A stretch of 64,000 bases of DNA. It comes from Harriotta raleighana. Lineage: Eukaryota. The stretch covers positions 1,700,284 to 1,764,283 of the forward strand of contig JBNZDD010013596.1 in the NCBI GenBank assembly GCA_050575255.1. The letters run 5' to 3'. The position numbers and the translations under genes were made by a program. Within the stretch, counting starts at the first letter, position 1, and the number at the start of each line of letters is the position of its first letter. Of the stretch, positions 51,952 through 64,000 are shown one piece after another. A model generated the notes under the pieces. The model worked only from the letters and a program-made list of their open reading frames with translations, made no database searches and was not told where the DNA came from.

Positions 51952-52445
51952 AAAGTTGTTATCGAATCAGCCTCCATCACCCATTTAGGCAATGCATTCC
52001 TGAATTGAACAACTCGCTGCGTGAAAAAATTTATCCTCACCTCCCCTCTGCTTCTTATAGAAACTACTTTAAATCTGTGACCTCGAGTCACTGACACACC
52101 CATCAGTGGAAACAGTTTTTCCCTGTTCACACTATCGAATCCCCTCATGATTTTGAAACCTCTATTAGGTCTACTCGTAAACTTCTCTGCTCCAATGAGA
52201 ATAATCCTAGCCTCTCTAACCTTTCCTCATAACCGAAGTCCCTCATTCCTGGTACCTTCCTGGTAAATCTCCTCTGCACCCTTTCCAATACCTTAACATT
52301 CTTCTTGAACAACAACAAAATTACATTTATAGACGGCCTTTCATGTCGGCAGGTGTGGTGATGAGAACTGAATGCAGTACTCCAGCTGAGGCCTAACCAA
52401 TGTTTTAGGCAGGTTAATCATAACTTTCTGACTTTTGTACTCTTA
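51790..52445 (-). mobile_element. CR1 LINE 3' fragment with an L2 tail inserted at about 52308-52352
   Basis: [15 protein letters not shown]...TRGHRFKV...FFTQRVV..NALP..V.EADSITTFKREVD; ends in (CTATGATT)n. Confidence 0.9.
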
Positions 52446-52781
52446 TTTATTAGGAGCAACATCAGTTATCCCACTAATGCATTATTTTATGCAAAGTTCC
52501 AAACCCCCACAAAAATGGAGTAAAATATATTTGAAAGGGAAAAAAGGCTAATTGATTTAAAAACCTTTTCAAAACCATTAAGGTGACACTCATCTCAAAC
52601 TGCACTATTTGGAAGCTATTTAGTCACAGATTGGGATTGCTCTTGTTATTTTCATTCAAGTCTAATACAGTAAAATTAATATTACTACCACACAAAGGTA
52701 TTGGAATACAAAAACTAATATGTAAATATGAAAACAGATATGTTGCAACTATCCCCATAGATTAAAAATCAGATAAAAAAC

Positions 52782-53106
52782 CATCCTTGCAATTTATATA
52801 TCACCTTTCATGTTGGGAGGATGCCTCAACATGCTTCCCAGGATTTATTGTAGTGCAGTTTTTAAGTATTTGTAGGAAAACCTAGCAAACAATTTGCATT
52901 CAGCAATATGCCACAAATAGCCATGAGCTAAATGATTAATTTTATCTGAGGGGGATTTGTGTCATGGAATCTTTAACCTCCATCTGATCCTCGGATAGAA
53001 CCGAGGATCATCCAAAGTATACCTAAAATGTGAGGACAAAATCAAGATATGGGATTTGAACTCATAACCTTTTGACTCAATGGTGAGAGTGCTACTAACT
53101 AAGCCA
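52782..53106 (-). mobile_element. Old tRNA/Deu-type SINE
   Basis: Degenerate tail and body, with head GGATTTGAACTC...GAGAGTGCTAC..ACTAAGCCA on +. Confidence 0.6.
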
Positions 53107-54161
53107 GGAAACTTTGGTTAAAGGTTTGTCTTCAATTGATATTGTTGTCAATCTTTATTATAAGAAAAAACACATTGTTCTCGAAGGGCAATGTTTTTAA
53201 ATTTCAATATTTTTAAAATATGGCATGTGAATTGACATATATTAGCAAATATACAACTGTATATGCTTCTATTTAGTTCGTCAATTATCAGTTGCTAACT
53301 TCATTTTTCAAAACAAGTGAATTGCGAGTGAATAAACAAGACTTTATATAATTTATAGGGCTGGTTATTGTCATGCCGTAATTCTTCTACTTATGGATAT
53401 TGGCAGGATTTTGTAAGTGTTTTGCAATGAAACAAAGGGTATTTCTTACTGTGATGTGTGATTTACCAAGTCCAATGAAATTTCACTTGTGTGCGCAATT
53501 GCTGGGAAAATTACGTATTGATAGAAAACTCTAAATGAATCTCCCGCTCTTCTATAATATTGGACGATTTATTTGATTCCACAAGTGCATGAAAATGTCT
53601 GTTGGGATGCCCATTACGTCATCGGAGGAGGCATAGGCGTGGAGCTACTATGCGATTTTCATTCGCATCCAACAAAAATCAAATCAAACCACTGTGTTGA
53701 TCCATGTGCTTGTCATTTGGCCTTGATTAGAATGGAATTGCGAGCTGGCTTTTGGAAGAATTCTAATTGCTTATAATGGAGGGGAAGTAGTTCTGTTAAA
53801 TATCAGTAGGTTTTGTAAATGTCCACTGTTTCACTGCACTCTGATGTCACAGCTTCAAGCACGCCAAAAGCACATAAGGAAAATGAGACATGGATTTGTT
53901 CATGTAACTTCATGTCCATACACTCTTTGCATTGTGGTAAATTCCGTACAAAATCAGCAAGGAAGATGACTGTTATCAATAAATGGAGAATTGGACCCTC
54001 TCGTAAGCCACCTTGCTAAGCTACTGTTGGGATCAGAGGGCAGTTCAAAAGTGAGAAACGTTTGTAAAACTTGTTTATGCTTAACAGAATTATTCACTGC
54101 TCCAGATTAAACAGTTTAAAAATCCCTCAAACCAATTTTCAATCCCTTTTTAATCTATATA

Positions 54162-54583
54162 CAGTAAAATCTTGTTTATCCAGCATGCTCGGGGGAGGGG
54201 GGGTTGACTAATTGACGGTGCCGGATGAACGAGGGAGAAGTCGCCGAAAACCTGACAAAAATGTAACTTATTTTGAAACATATTAATATTAATAATACAC
54301 TACATAGTAACAGAATCTTGTGTGGATACTTACCAATAAAGCATTTCCGCACAGACGGGAAAAAAAATAAAAAATAAAAATAAAAATCGATAAAACAGTA
54401 TTTTTTACAGATCGATAAAAAACCCAAGTGCGGAAGTTTGCTATGTGCGCATGCGCACGGCATTGCACGCATGCGCAAAGTGAGCAAACTCGCGATTTTG
54501 GAATGGGGAATTGTCCCAGAAGGGGGTCGAGCAATTGAATTGAGGTACGGTTGATCGGATCACGGATAAACAAGGTTTTACTG
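54162..54583. mobile_element. Non-autonomous Tc1/mariner (pogo/Tigger-like) MITE, 422 bp
   Basis: 20-bp TIRs CAGTAAAA(T/C)CTTGTTTATCC match at 19/20; TA on both sides (54160-54161 and 54584-54585); no transposase ORF. Confidence 0.9.
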
Positions 54584-55927
54584 TATATGCATTGCTGCTA
54601 CTAGGCATTGATATTTCTCTTATTCCAAGCAAATGTGTTATTCACAAGTCTGTTGAACCATGCTGGATTTATCGTCATATGCATATCTGTATCATCAGCA
54701 CTGAACAATCAGCACTTAAATATGAACCAGTAAATGAAAGCCAAAAGCCTGTTCCAAAATATTTGCAGGAGAATTGTCAAACCACAGGAAACAAATGTGA
54801 TAAACAAGAATTAAATATTCATTTTGGCTTCGGATCTGAAGAAAACAGATTATAAGTATCTATTTACAAATATTTGTTGCAAATATGATTACTTTGGAAA
54901 TCAGTTGTGTTCACTGTATAATGAACTTCCTTCTAGAGAGATATTAGTTTGTAACTTTGTTCTTCTAAGATTTCCTTACACCACCATGGATTTTGCTTAT
55001 GCTCCATTGCTGCCAAAATATTCATAATTCACAGCTGAATCAACAAACTTTGGATCATATGTTAATCTATATTGTATTGCTTAGGCTTTCAGCCAGTGTC
55101 AAATTATTATTAATAATAACAATCCTTGCATCTGATCTCGCACCTTCCATCTCAGGGGAACATTGCAGAGTGCTTCACTGTAACATTTAGTGATTACAAC
55201 TTTTTGACAGTCTCTGATAACTAGACAGCACCTTTCATTGCACAATAATAGGGAAAAAAAGAACCCTCTCATTCACGAAGTATTGGAAGATAAAACTAAT
55301 GCCTGATATTGCTTATTACAGTGTTTAAAGCGTGTTTATGTTACAAAGTGCTTCACGGAATATACTGTAAATTTAAATGACTGTTTCTTTGTGGGCAAAA
55401 TGCGGCAGGCAATTGTGCACAGCAGTGTCCCACAAACAGTCATGGATTGAAATGCCAATTTTAAAAAAATGGATTATTATCAGGTGTGTGGAGTAAGGAA
55501 ACTTCTGGCCTATAATCTCAAGTCTTATACCTCATTTTGCACAATTTATTATCAGACATCAAAAGCTCCTGTGACACAAATGGTGATTTTGTGACTGTTG
55601 AGAAAACACAAAAACAGACGAAAGGGTACCTTCAATTGATAGGCAAACCTGGTAGCCAATTTGAGCAAAGCAATGTCCCATAAACAGCCATGATCAATTT
55701 TATCTGGGGGACTTTTGGCCATGACACCAGGCAAGATTCTCTACTCTAGGGTGTCACAACTTCATATCAATTGAAGGTACCTCCTCATCTGTGTTTTCTT
55801 CAACAGTAACAAAATGACCATGCAAACACTCTGTACTAAGCAATATGAGGCATTATATAATCTTCCTTTACTTCCTGATTGAGATAGCTATTTCTGTGCC
55901 TCTTCATGTGAAATGAAATGTTCTGTC

Positions 55928-55946
55928 CAGCCACCAGGGGGTGTCA
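55928..55946 (+). promoter_or_regulatory. Candidate CTCF site
   Basis: CAGCCACCAGGGGGTGTCA versus consensus CCACCAGGGGGCGC. Confidence 0.4.
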
Positions 55947-56679
55947 AAAAGTGGCAAGATTGATTCGTCCACCAATTGTTTCTCCAAAAAAGATAATGAA
56001 AGAGACACTCATTTCAAGATTCATATCAATGTGGTTGAAATTGACTCCTGCTTAAAGCAATGGTTTTGAGCAGAGGAAGTAATGGAAGTTATGTCGATTG
56101 TAAGGTGATAAGTACGAATCAGGTCCAGATGGACAAATCTAGTCTTGATTGACTTTGTGCCAGTCGATAATACAGAAATTGAGCAAGAGTATTAGGCAAG
56201 TTGGATAAAGAGGTGGAATGGAGAAAGTATGGATAGGTCCCTTGAAATTTCCATATCCAACACGCTAGAAACTTTGGTAGTAGTTAACAAATTGAGTAAT
56301 ATACATCAAATAGTCCAACAAAATAATTGTACTCTTCTTAAACTCAGTGAATGTTGAAAGGCAAATTGTTACATATGTTGGTCATGCCTCAAATCCAACT
56401 CTTGGGGATGATCTAATACAGTGAGGGATATTCAATTTAGCTGTCTAGGACACGTTACCTCTACCTTTTGTTTTGCTGATTTAGTGGTGATCAAGACTGG
56501 ATATGAACTTCTGGCCTATAATCTCAAATCTATGCCTCATTTTCCACAATTTATTATCAGACATCAAAAGCTCCTGTGACAAAAAACTCTTTCTACCACT
56601 TTCAGCGCCTTGGGACGTACTCCCAACATGAAACATGATGTTGTTCTACTCCTATCAGAGAGCTGGATGTCCATATGAC

Positions 56680-56982
56680 AATAATAATTATCATCATTGC
56701 ATGTGATATAGCACTTTTCACATCTTCTAATTATCTCAAAGCGCTTTGCAGAATATACTGTAAATTGAATTGACTGTATATTTGTGGGCGAAATGCGGCA
56801 GCCAATTGCGCACAGCAGTGTCCCACAAACAGTCATGGATTGAAATGCCAATTTTTTAAAAAATGGATTATTATCAGGTGTGTGGAGTAAGGAAACTTGC
56901 CCAAGGTTTCGCCATGCCTGGAATTTAACCTAGGTCTCTCACTTGTAAGGCAAGTGCTCCAATCACTGAACTACAGGTCTCT
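56680..56982 (-). mobile_element. tRNA-derived SINE, full length
   Basis: Head, body and tail are present. Confidence 0.88.
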
Positions 56983-58472
56983 ACGGTATAGGACTTAACT
57001 GCACAGACAAGGAGTATAATTCCAGTGATAAATATATGACTCAACATAGAAATATTAGTCTAAACATATAGGATCGAAGTACACAGGTGCAACTATAAAA
57101 TATCAAACAACCTGAGGTATCTTTCCAGAGATCCTTATTACTTCATGGTTGCAATAATAAGAGAAAGGGGAGAAAAATTGGCCAGTGGACCTTGAACAAT
57201 GAAAGAGAAACATACTATCTCAACCTGCAATGAGCAGTGAGATTCAAAGCTGCATTTCGTCTTCATCCCCATCCTATCCACGTGTCCCTCCAAGGTCCAT
57301 AGCTAATAGCTTTGCCAGTAAGTGAAGTGCGTGATCCTTTGAACACCTGCACGTCAGCTTGTCTTGTATCGGCTGATGCTGCCAGATGTGAATGTGGGTA
57401 TACATTTTTAAAAATTAATGTTTTTTAGGCTACAATCTAAAATATTTTAGGCGGAGGAATAAAAGGATAGTATTTCTTCTTAATAAAGAGGACTGACAAA
57501 ATGTTGGATGGAATCATTCCTTCGTGCAAGCTTGCACATAAAATGGCCTCATACATATGGCTACCAAAAGTGTCAGGGAACAAAGGTCTGACAAGTTAAC
57601 CTTTCTTTGACGTAGCTGGATCCTAGAACAGATCATTTGTCATTTCACACATCCTTTAAAAAGCTTCATACCCTTCCAAAGAATAAGAGAAGCTCCATGT
57701 TAAACATTTTCTGGACATGTGTGTTAAATAAATCAAAGAATGAAATGTAGCATTGGCTCCTTCTTCCAGTGTGATAGCTGCCCTGGCATGCTGAGTGCTT
57801 ATTACTCATCGTGCTTGTGAACAATCAGAAACCTCAAGCCAGCTACTATGTGGCAAAGCATGAACAGGTAAGCATCTCCCTTGAACAATGTGCGTTCTGA
57901 TAGTTTTTTTTTCCCCCCTACCCGTCCAAAAACTTTAGATTATTAATGATGCCATCACAGCTTTGGCCAGCTTTATTCCGGAGCTTCCAACTCTACCTGT
58001 TTCACAGGCAAGTTGTTAATATTGCGTGGATGATTTACTCTAGGGTAGTCCAACCTTTTCTGCCATACTTCAGATTATATCAACCGCAGCAAGAACTTCA
58101 TTCTGCAAACTGATAGACAGCCACAATCAACTTCATCCACTCTTCACGAGAACAATAGCCAAACACTGATTCAGAATCCAAACCGTGCCAGAACGTGTGC
58201 GAGCAGTTGGACAAGATGGCCATCAGCAGACAATTTAATCCATATGAAGTAAAACTTGTACAGATATAGGAAGAAAAGCAAGGAAACATTATAATTTATA
58301 TGATAGAAAGAGAAAGAGCAAATGAAAGAAAGAAAATGATTCTATCAGTAACTATTTATAAATGACGGAATATAAATCTGGGATGTTTCAAGTCATGTGA
58401 AGCAGAGTAAGCATGATATCTGCAGCTTCCATTGGGAATATAGCCAGATATCATCAACAAAGTAGTATAGCA

Positions 58473-61400
58473 AACCCATCCGCACTGCCCTCAAGAACGC
58501 CGCTCCCTTTCCAACAAAGCCCTCACTATTTATGACCTCATCCTGGATGAGAACATTGATATTCATAGGCTTACAGAAACCTGGCTCTCCCCCAATAACC
58601 CCGTACCTCTAGTCAAGGCCTCCCCTCCAGGCTACACCTTCCACCACACCCCACCCTAACCAACGCGGTGGTGGGGTGGCCATCATCTCCAATGCCTCCA
58701 ATGGTCTCTCCCCCTATTCCTCTGGCTGTTCTCCCTCCTTCAAGCACCTCACGTTCTACCATCCTTCTCTTTCCTTAGCAATCCTTCTACTCTATCATCC
58801 TCCTAAACCTCTTGGCTCTTTCCTCTCTGATATTTCCACTCTCCTCTCATCTCTGTCCCTCTGCTCTGAATGTCTACTCATCATGGGTGACTTCAACCTT
58901 CACCTAAACTCCCCCTGCATCACTTCTTCCTAATTCACTGACCTCCTCTCTTCCCTGAACCTCACCCTCCACATTGACTCACCGACCCACAACCGTGGCC
59001 ATGCTCTTGACCTCACCCACAGTCTTGACATTTCTGACCTCACCATCTCAGAGAAGGCCATCTCGGACCACTTTCTTGTCTCCTTCTCCTCTTGCATCCC
59101 TCCCTCCTCCACCAAGCCCTCAACTGTACTTTTCCACCCATGGAAAAGTCTCCCCCCTGAGACCCTCACAGAGGCCCTCACCTCCTCTGACCTCCTACCC
59201 CTCTGGTCTTCCACCCACAATGATCCTGGAGCAGCTGTCCAGTTGCTCCACGATTGCCTCTCCTCCACCTTCAACTCTCTCTCATCCCTCTTAAATCCAA
59301 GTCTATCTCCAAACCCACCTGCTCCCCCTGGTAAAACACCCATCTCTGCACCCTTAAATGCCAAACCCGGCTGCTCGAGCGCAAGTGGCAGAAAACTGGT
59401 CTCATGGTTCACCAACAACTGTGGCTTGAGCATCTCCACAGCTACCGCCGTTCTTTTTGTCATGCAAAAATGGCTTACTATTCCCAAATCATCCTGGAGG
59501 CAAACAACAACCCCAAAGTCCTCTTTTCCACTTCTCACCATTTCCTCCATGCATACCCTCAGGCCTCCTCAATCTTCACTTCTAATGGACTTCTTTTCCT
59601 CCAAAATATCCATCAGGCAATGTCATCTTCCTGCCTCCCATCACCCTTCCACCCCATCCCCCTCACCTTCCCTGTCATCAGCTCCTACCTCGACCCCCTT
59701 CCTACACTTCTTCTCCCCTTTCTCTTTTTCCTCCCTCTCACGCACTCTCACCTCCATGAAGCCAACCACCTACTGCCTCGACCCCAACCCCACCAATCTA
59801 CTCACCCAGCTCCCCTNCTCACCTCCATGAAGCCAACCACCTGCTGCCTCGACCCCATCCCCACCAATCTACTCACCCAGCTCCCCCTCCTCTGCCCGCT
59901 GATGGCTGACATCATCAACCAGTCCCTCTCCACAAAATCAATCACTGTCCCCCTCAAAACTGCTTCCATCACCCCTCTCCTTAAAAAACCCTCCCGAGAT
60001 TCCTCAAACCCTAGCCACTACTGCCCTATTTCAAACCTGCGCTTCCTTTCAAAAGCACTGAAACAATGCGTTGTTGCAAATCAACTCCACGCCCACCTCC
60101 TCCCAATCTTTCTTCGAAACCCTCCAACCCAGGTTCCATCTTGCCCACAGTACAAAGACTGCACTTGTGAAAGTCACAAATNTCAAACCTGCGCTTCCTT
60201 TCAAAAGCACTGAAACAATGCGTTGTTGCAAACCAACTCCACGCCCACCTCTCCTCCCAATCTTTCTTCGAAACCCTCCAACCCAGTTTCCATCTTGCCC
60301 ACAGTACAAAGACTGCACTTGTGAAAGTCACAAACGACATCCTCTCCATCTGCGACCAGGGCTCCATCTGCCTCCTTATCCTCCTGGACCTGTCGGCTGC
60401 GTTCGACACAATCGACCATGCCATCCTCCTCCACCGCCTGTCCTCCGTCATCCACCTCAGTGGGACCGCACTTCCCTGGTTCGAGTCCTACCTCACAAAC
60501 CGCCAGCAAATGGCTTTTCCTCCCGCTCTTACCTGGTTATCTGTGGTTATCAGAGATCCATCCTGGCCCCCTCTTCTTCCTCATCTATATGCTCGCTCTT
60601 GGGGAGGTCATCCAGAGACATGGGGCACACNAGGTCATCCGGAGACGTGGGGCACACTCCACATGTACGCAGATGACACCCAACTCTATTTCTCCACTTC
60701 ACTTTGCAACCCCCAGTCCCCTGATGTTCTGTCAGCCTGCCTGTTAGACATCAGGAGCTGGATAAGTGCAAATTTCTTGCAGCTGAATGTTGACAAGACG
60801 GAGGCCATACTCTTTGGCTCTCGACAACGTTTCCATTCACATGGCTCTCACCTCCTCCACCTTCCCAATCTGCCTCTTAAACTCTCCGAAGCTGTGCGCA
60901 ACCTAGGCGTCAGGTTTGACCGCCAGCTGCCCTTCCTCCCTCACATCCGGTCCCTCACCAGCACCGCCTTCTTCCACCTCTGATGGATCACCCGTCTCCG
61001 CCAATACCTCACCCCAAGAGCTGCTGAAACTCTGGTCCTTTGTCACCCCTTGGCTGGACTATTGCAATGACCTCCTCGCCAGTCTCCCCTCTACACAATC
61101 CATAAAATCCAACTCATCCGAAACTCTGCCGCCCACATATTCACCCGCACCAAACTTCGCTCCCCCATTACCCCAGTCCTTTTCAGAATTCACTGGCTCC
61201 CGATCCCAGAGATGATCGATNTGTTGACAAGACGGAGGCCATACTCTTTGGCTCTCGACAATGTCTCCATTCACCTTCCACCTTCCCAATCTGCCTCTTA
61301 AACTCTCCGAAGCTGTGCANGCCATACTCTTTGGCTCTCGACAACGTTTCCATTCACATGGCTCTCACCTCCTCCACCTTCCCAATCTGCCTCTTAAACT

Positions 61401-61932
61401 CTCCGAAGCTGTGCACAACCTAGGCGTCAGGTTTGACCGCCAGCTGCCCTTCCTCCCTCACATCCGGTCCCTCACCAGCACCGCCTTCTTCCACCTCCGA
61501 TGGATCACCCGTCTCCACCAATACCTCACCCCAAGAGCTGCTGAAACTCTGGTCCTTTGTCACCCTAGTCTTCAAATTCCTCCACTCCTCTGCACCCCTT
61601 ACCTCTCTGACCTCCTCTCTCCTCAAACCAGTTCCCGTTACCTTCACTCCACTGGGTCTGGCCTCCTCCATGTCCCCCGATTCCTCCGCTTGCCCCTCAG
61701 CAGCCTTGCCTTCAGCCACTATGGCCTGAGACTCTGGAATTTCCTTCCTCACTACCTTCGCCTCGCCCCCTTTTTTCTCAGCTTCAGGTCCCAGCTGAAG
61801 ACCTTTCTCTTCGACCGCGCCTTTGGTCACCTTTCTACTCCTCTCCCAGCTTGGTCCCGGGATCCATTATTGTGAAGCGCTCTGAGACACCATCTAGCAT
61901 GGAGGGCGCTATATGAATCAAAGTTGTTGTTT
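58473..61932 (+). mobile_element. L2 LINE, near-complete but disrupted ORF2 (APE endonuclease + RT) to the 3' tail
   Basis: SNKAL.IYDLILD...GLTETWL, RGGGVAII, IMGDFNLH, ISDHFL, CCLDPIPT, LLDLSAAFDTIDH, HMYADDTQLY and LWNFLP..LR motifs. Contains stops, frameshifts and five single-N joins. Confidence 0.95.
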
Positions 61933-63049
61933 TGTAAATATGGGTTAATTAAATATCCATCAGGGGAACAGTACTCTTTTTTTTTTAGTCAGCCAGATAT
62001 CTACCAGACATGGAAGCTCAGTACTATACTTTAGTAGTATCTAGATGAAACTACTGAGAGTTTCATAAATATATAGTTTCTGTTTTTCTGGTATGGACAA
62101 ACAGAAAATATACACTGAATTCACTTTACAAGATATTCAGTGAAGCACTTTAAGACATCTTGCAGCCATGCCAAGGTGCNTTTTTTTTTTAGTCAGCCAG
62201 ATATCTACCAGACATGGAAGCTCAGTACTATACTTTAGTAGTATCTAGATGAAACTACTGAGAGTTTCATAAATATATAGTTTCTGTTTTTCTGGTATGG
62301 ACAAACAGAAAATATACACTGAATTCACTTTACAAGATATTCAGTGAAGCACTTTAAGACATCTTGCAGCCATGCCAAGGTGCTGTATCAAATGTAAGGA
62401 TTATTATATTAGTATTACAGTATTATTATTAAGTGTCCATCTCTCCTCTGAGGATTACTTGCCAGGAATAGAGATTCTTCCCATTCTGCTTCTTTTAGTC
62501 CAAATCCTAATGAGTAGAATGGTCCCAGATGGATAAGAAGTTGGAAACTTTCCAGACAGTGTTTACCATTGCAAGTTGCAGTGTGTCGCTGGTCTAATTA
62601 CCCTAATGCAGATGCTGGTGTCCCAAAGCCTTGCTAAACTGCACCTTTTGCTTTCCACAATTAGGTAAATAGGATGGATCCCCTGAGGAGAGAACGACAC
62701 TTCATTCCAGTCAAAGGAAATTTAACATTGCGTGTGTGGAATTCACTTTGGTTTTGATAATCTGAATGATAAGGATGAATTTTAGTGTGTCAGATACCTG
62801 TCCAACCAAAATAAGAGTTCAAGTATAGGTTAACAAGAACCGAGACATGGAGACCTCAAAATGTACATTGAGGTACTGCTGGAGCCTAAACAGCCAAAAT
62901 TGGAGAGCTTATTGCAATCATATGTGATCTTAAAAACATTGTAGTTAAAATTATAGTTAGAACTGCAGTACTGTATTCCAAAATGCACTGCATTCCTCAA
63001 TTATTACCATAGAGATTGGAGGTAAAATGTATTCTTAAAACCTGTCACC

Positions 63050-63390
63050 ATTCAAGGAAGTACTATCCACCTTATGAAGCCAGTCCAGAACCTTGGCATC
63101 TTGTTTGACCCTCAACTATCCTTCCCACCCCACATCCATGCCGAGTCTTGCTCTGCCTTGCTCCCCCTCCTACAACATTGCTTGGCTCCACCACTGTCTA
63201 ACACCACAGGCCATTGAAAGACCCTCATACATGCATTCACAATACCCAGGCTTGACTACACAAACTCTGTGCTTGTCAGCCTCCCCAACTCCCCAGATCA
63301 TTCAAGACTCTGTAGCCCATTTTCTCTCCTGCACTAGGCTCCACAACTCTATCACCCCCATCCTCGTCTGACTACTGGCTTCCAATCTCA
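63050..63390 (+). mobile_element. Old L2 fragment
   Basis: PVQNLGILFDPQLSF.PHI...IIQDSVAHFLSCTRLHNSITPIL. Confidence 0.75.
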
Positions 63391-64000
63391 CAACAACAAC
63401 AACAACACACTTTATAGCGCCTTTCACGATGGGAGGACATCCCAAAGCGCTGAACAGTCAGGTCAGGACCCGAGCATGGGGGGGAAATTGGGGGTAGGGG
63501 GAGGGGGAAGGACAGTGGGAAGAGTCAGAGTGGGGAGGAACTGAAGGCACGGTCGAAGAGGAAGGTGTTGAGACCGGCCTTGAAGGAGGGAAGGGAGGAA
63601 GCAAGGGTGGAGGGACTGCGGGATGGAATTCCAAAGTGTGGGGGCAGAGAGGCTGAAAGCCCAGCCACCGATGGTTGGGCGGTTAGGGCAGTGGATGCGG
63701 AGAAGGCCTGAGTCCACTGAACGAAGGGTGCGGGCAGGCTGATAGATAGACAGCAGGTCAGAGAGATAGGTGGGGGCAAGGCTGTGAATGGCTTGAAGGT
63801 GAAGACGAATATCTTGCAGTTGATCCTCTGGGGGATGGGGAGCCAGTGGAGGCGGGCGAGGGTGGGAGTGATGTGGTCACAGAGTCTAGTGTGGGAGAGT
63901 ACATGGGCTGCAGAATTCTGAATGATCTGCAGCCTGTGAAGGGAGGAGTTGGGAAGGCCGATGAAGAGAGAGTTCCCATAGTCAAGCCTGGAAGTGATGA
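63391..64000 (-). mobile_element. L2 3' fragment abutting the previous one in opposite orientation; runs off the window
   Basis: ITSRLDYGNSLFIGLP...HITPTLARLHWLPIPQRI...LWNSIPQSL, plus (TTG)n tail. Confidence 0.9.

Noticed and set aside
57700-58300. Exon of a neighbouring gene (CAG|GTAAGC near 57867; 63-aa minus-strand ORF)
   Set aside because: No sustained open frame or recognisable protein similarity.
58473-61932. Active LINE or domesticated RT gene
   Set aside because: Multiple stops and frameshifts that are independent of the N joins; no ORF1 or 5'UTR seen.

Overview
Vertebrate genomic DNA from a draft assembly, with N gaps and many single-N joins that duplicate their flanks. The repeat content (tRNA-head SINEs with a Deu-like body, L2 and CR1 LINEs) suggests a cartilaginous fish, possibly a chimaera (inference). 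The only protein-coding gene I can support is osr1 (odd-skipped related 1) on the minus strand at about 16.4-19.4 kb. It sits in a CpG-rich, TE-poor domain (about 17-34 kb) inside a gene desert. Main result: besides the canonical 3-zinc-finger OSR1 C-terminus (...[14 protein letters not shown]), the locus carries an intact downstream exon encoding zinc fingers 4 and 5, which in mammals are known only from OSR2A. The familiar OSR1 tail is in fact read-through of a GT donor into that intron. Other observations include a perfect 29-bp minisatellite and a 5x GATA array upstream of the gene, a Tc1/mariner MITE carrying NRF1 and ETS motifs, and a templated-insertion patchwork at 55.3-55.8 kb. Comparisons to human proteins and repeat families are from memory; no search was run.
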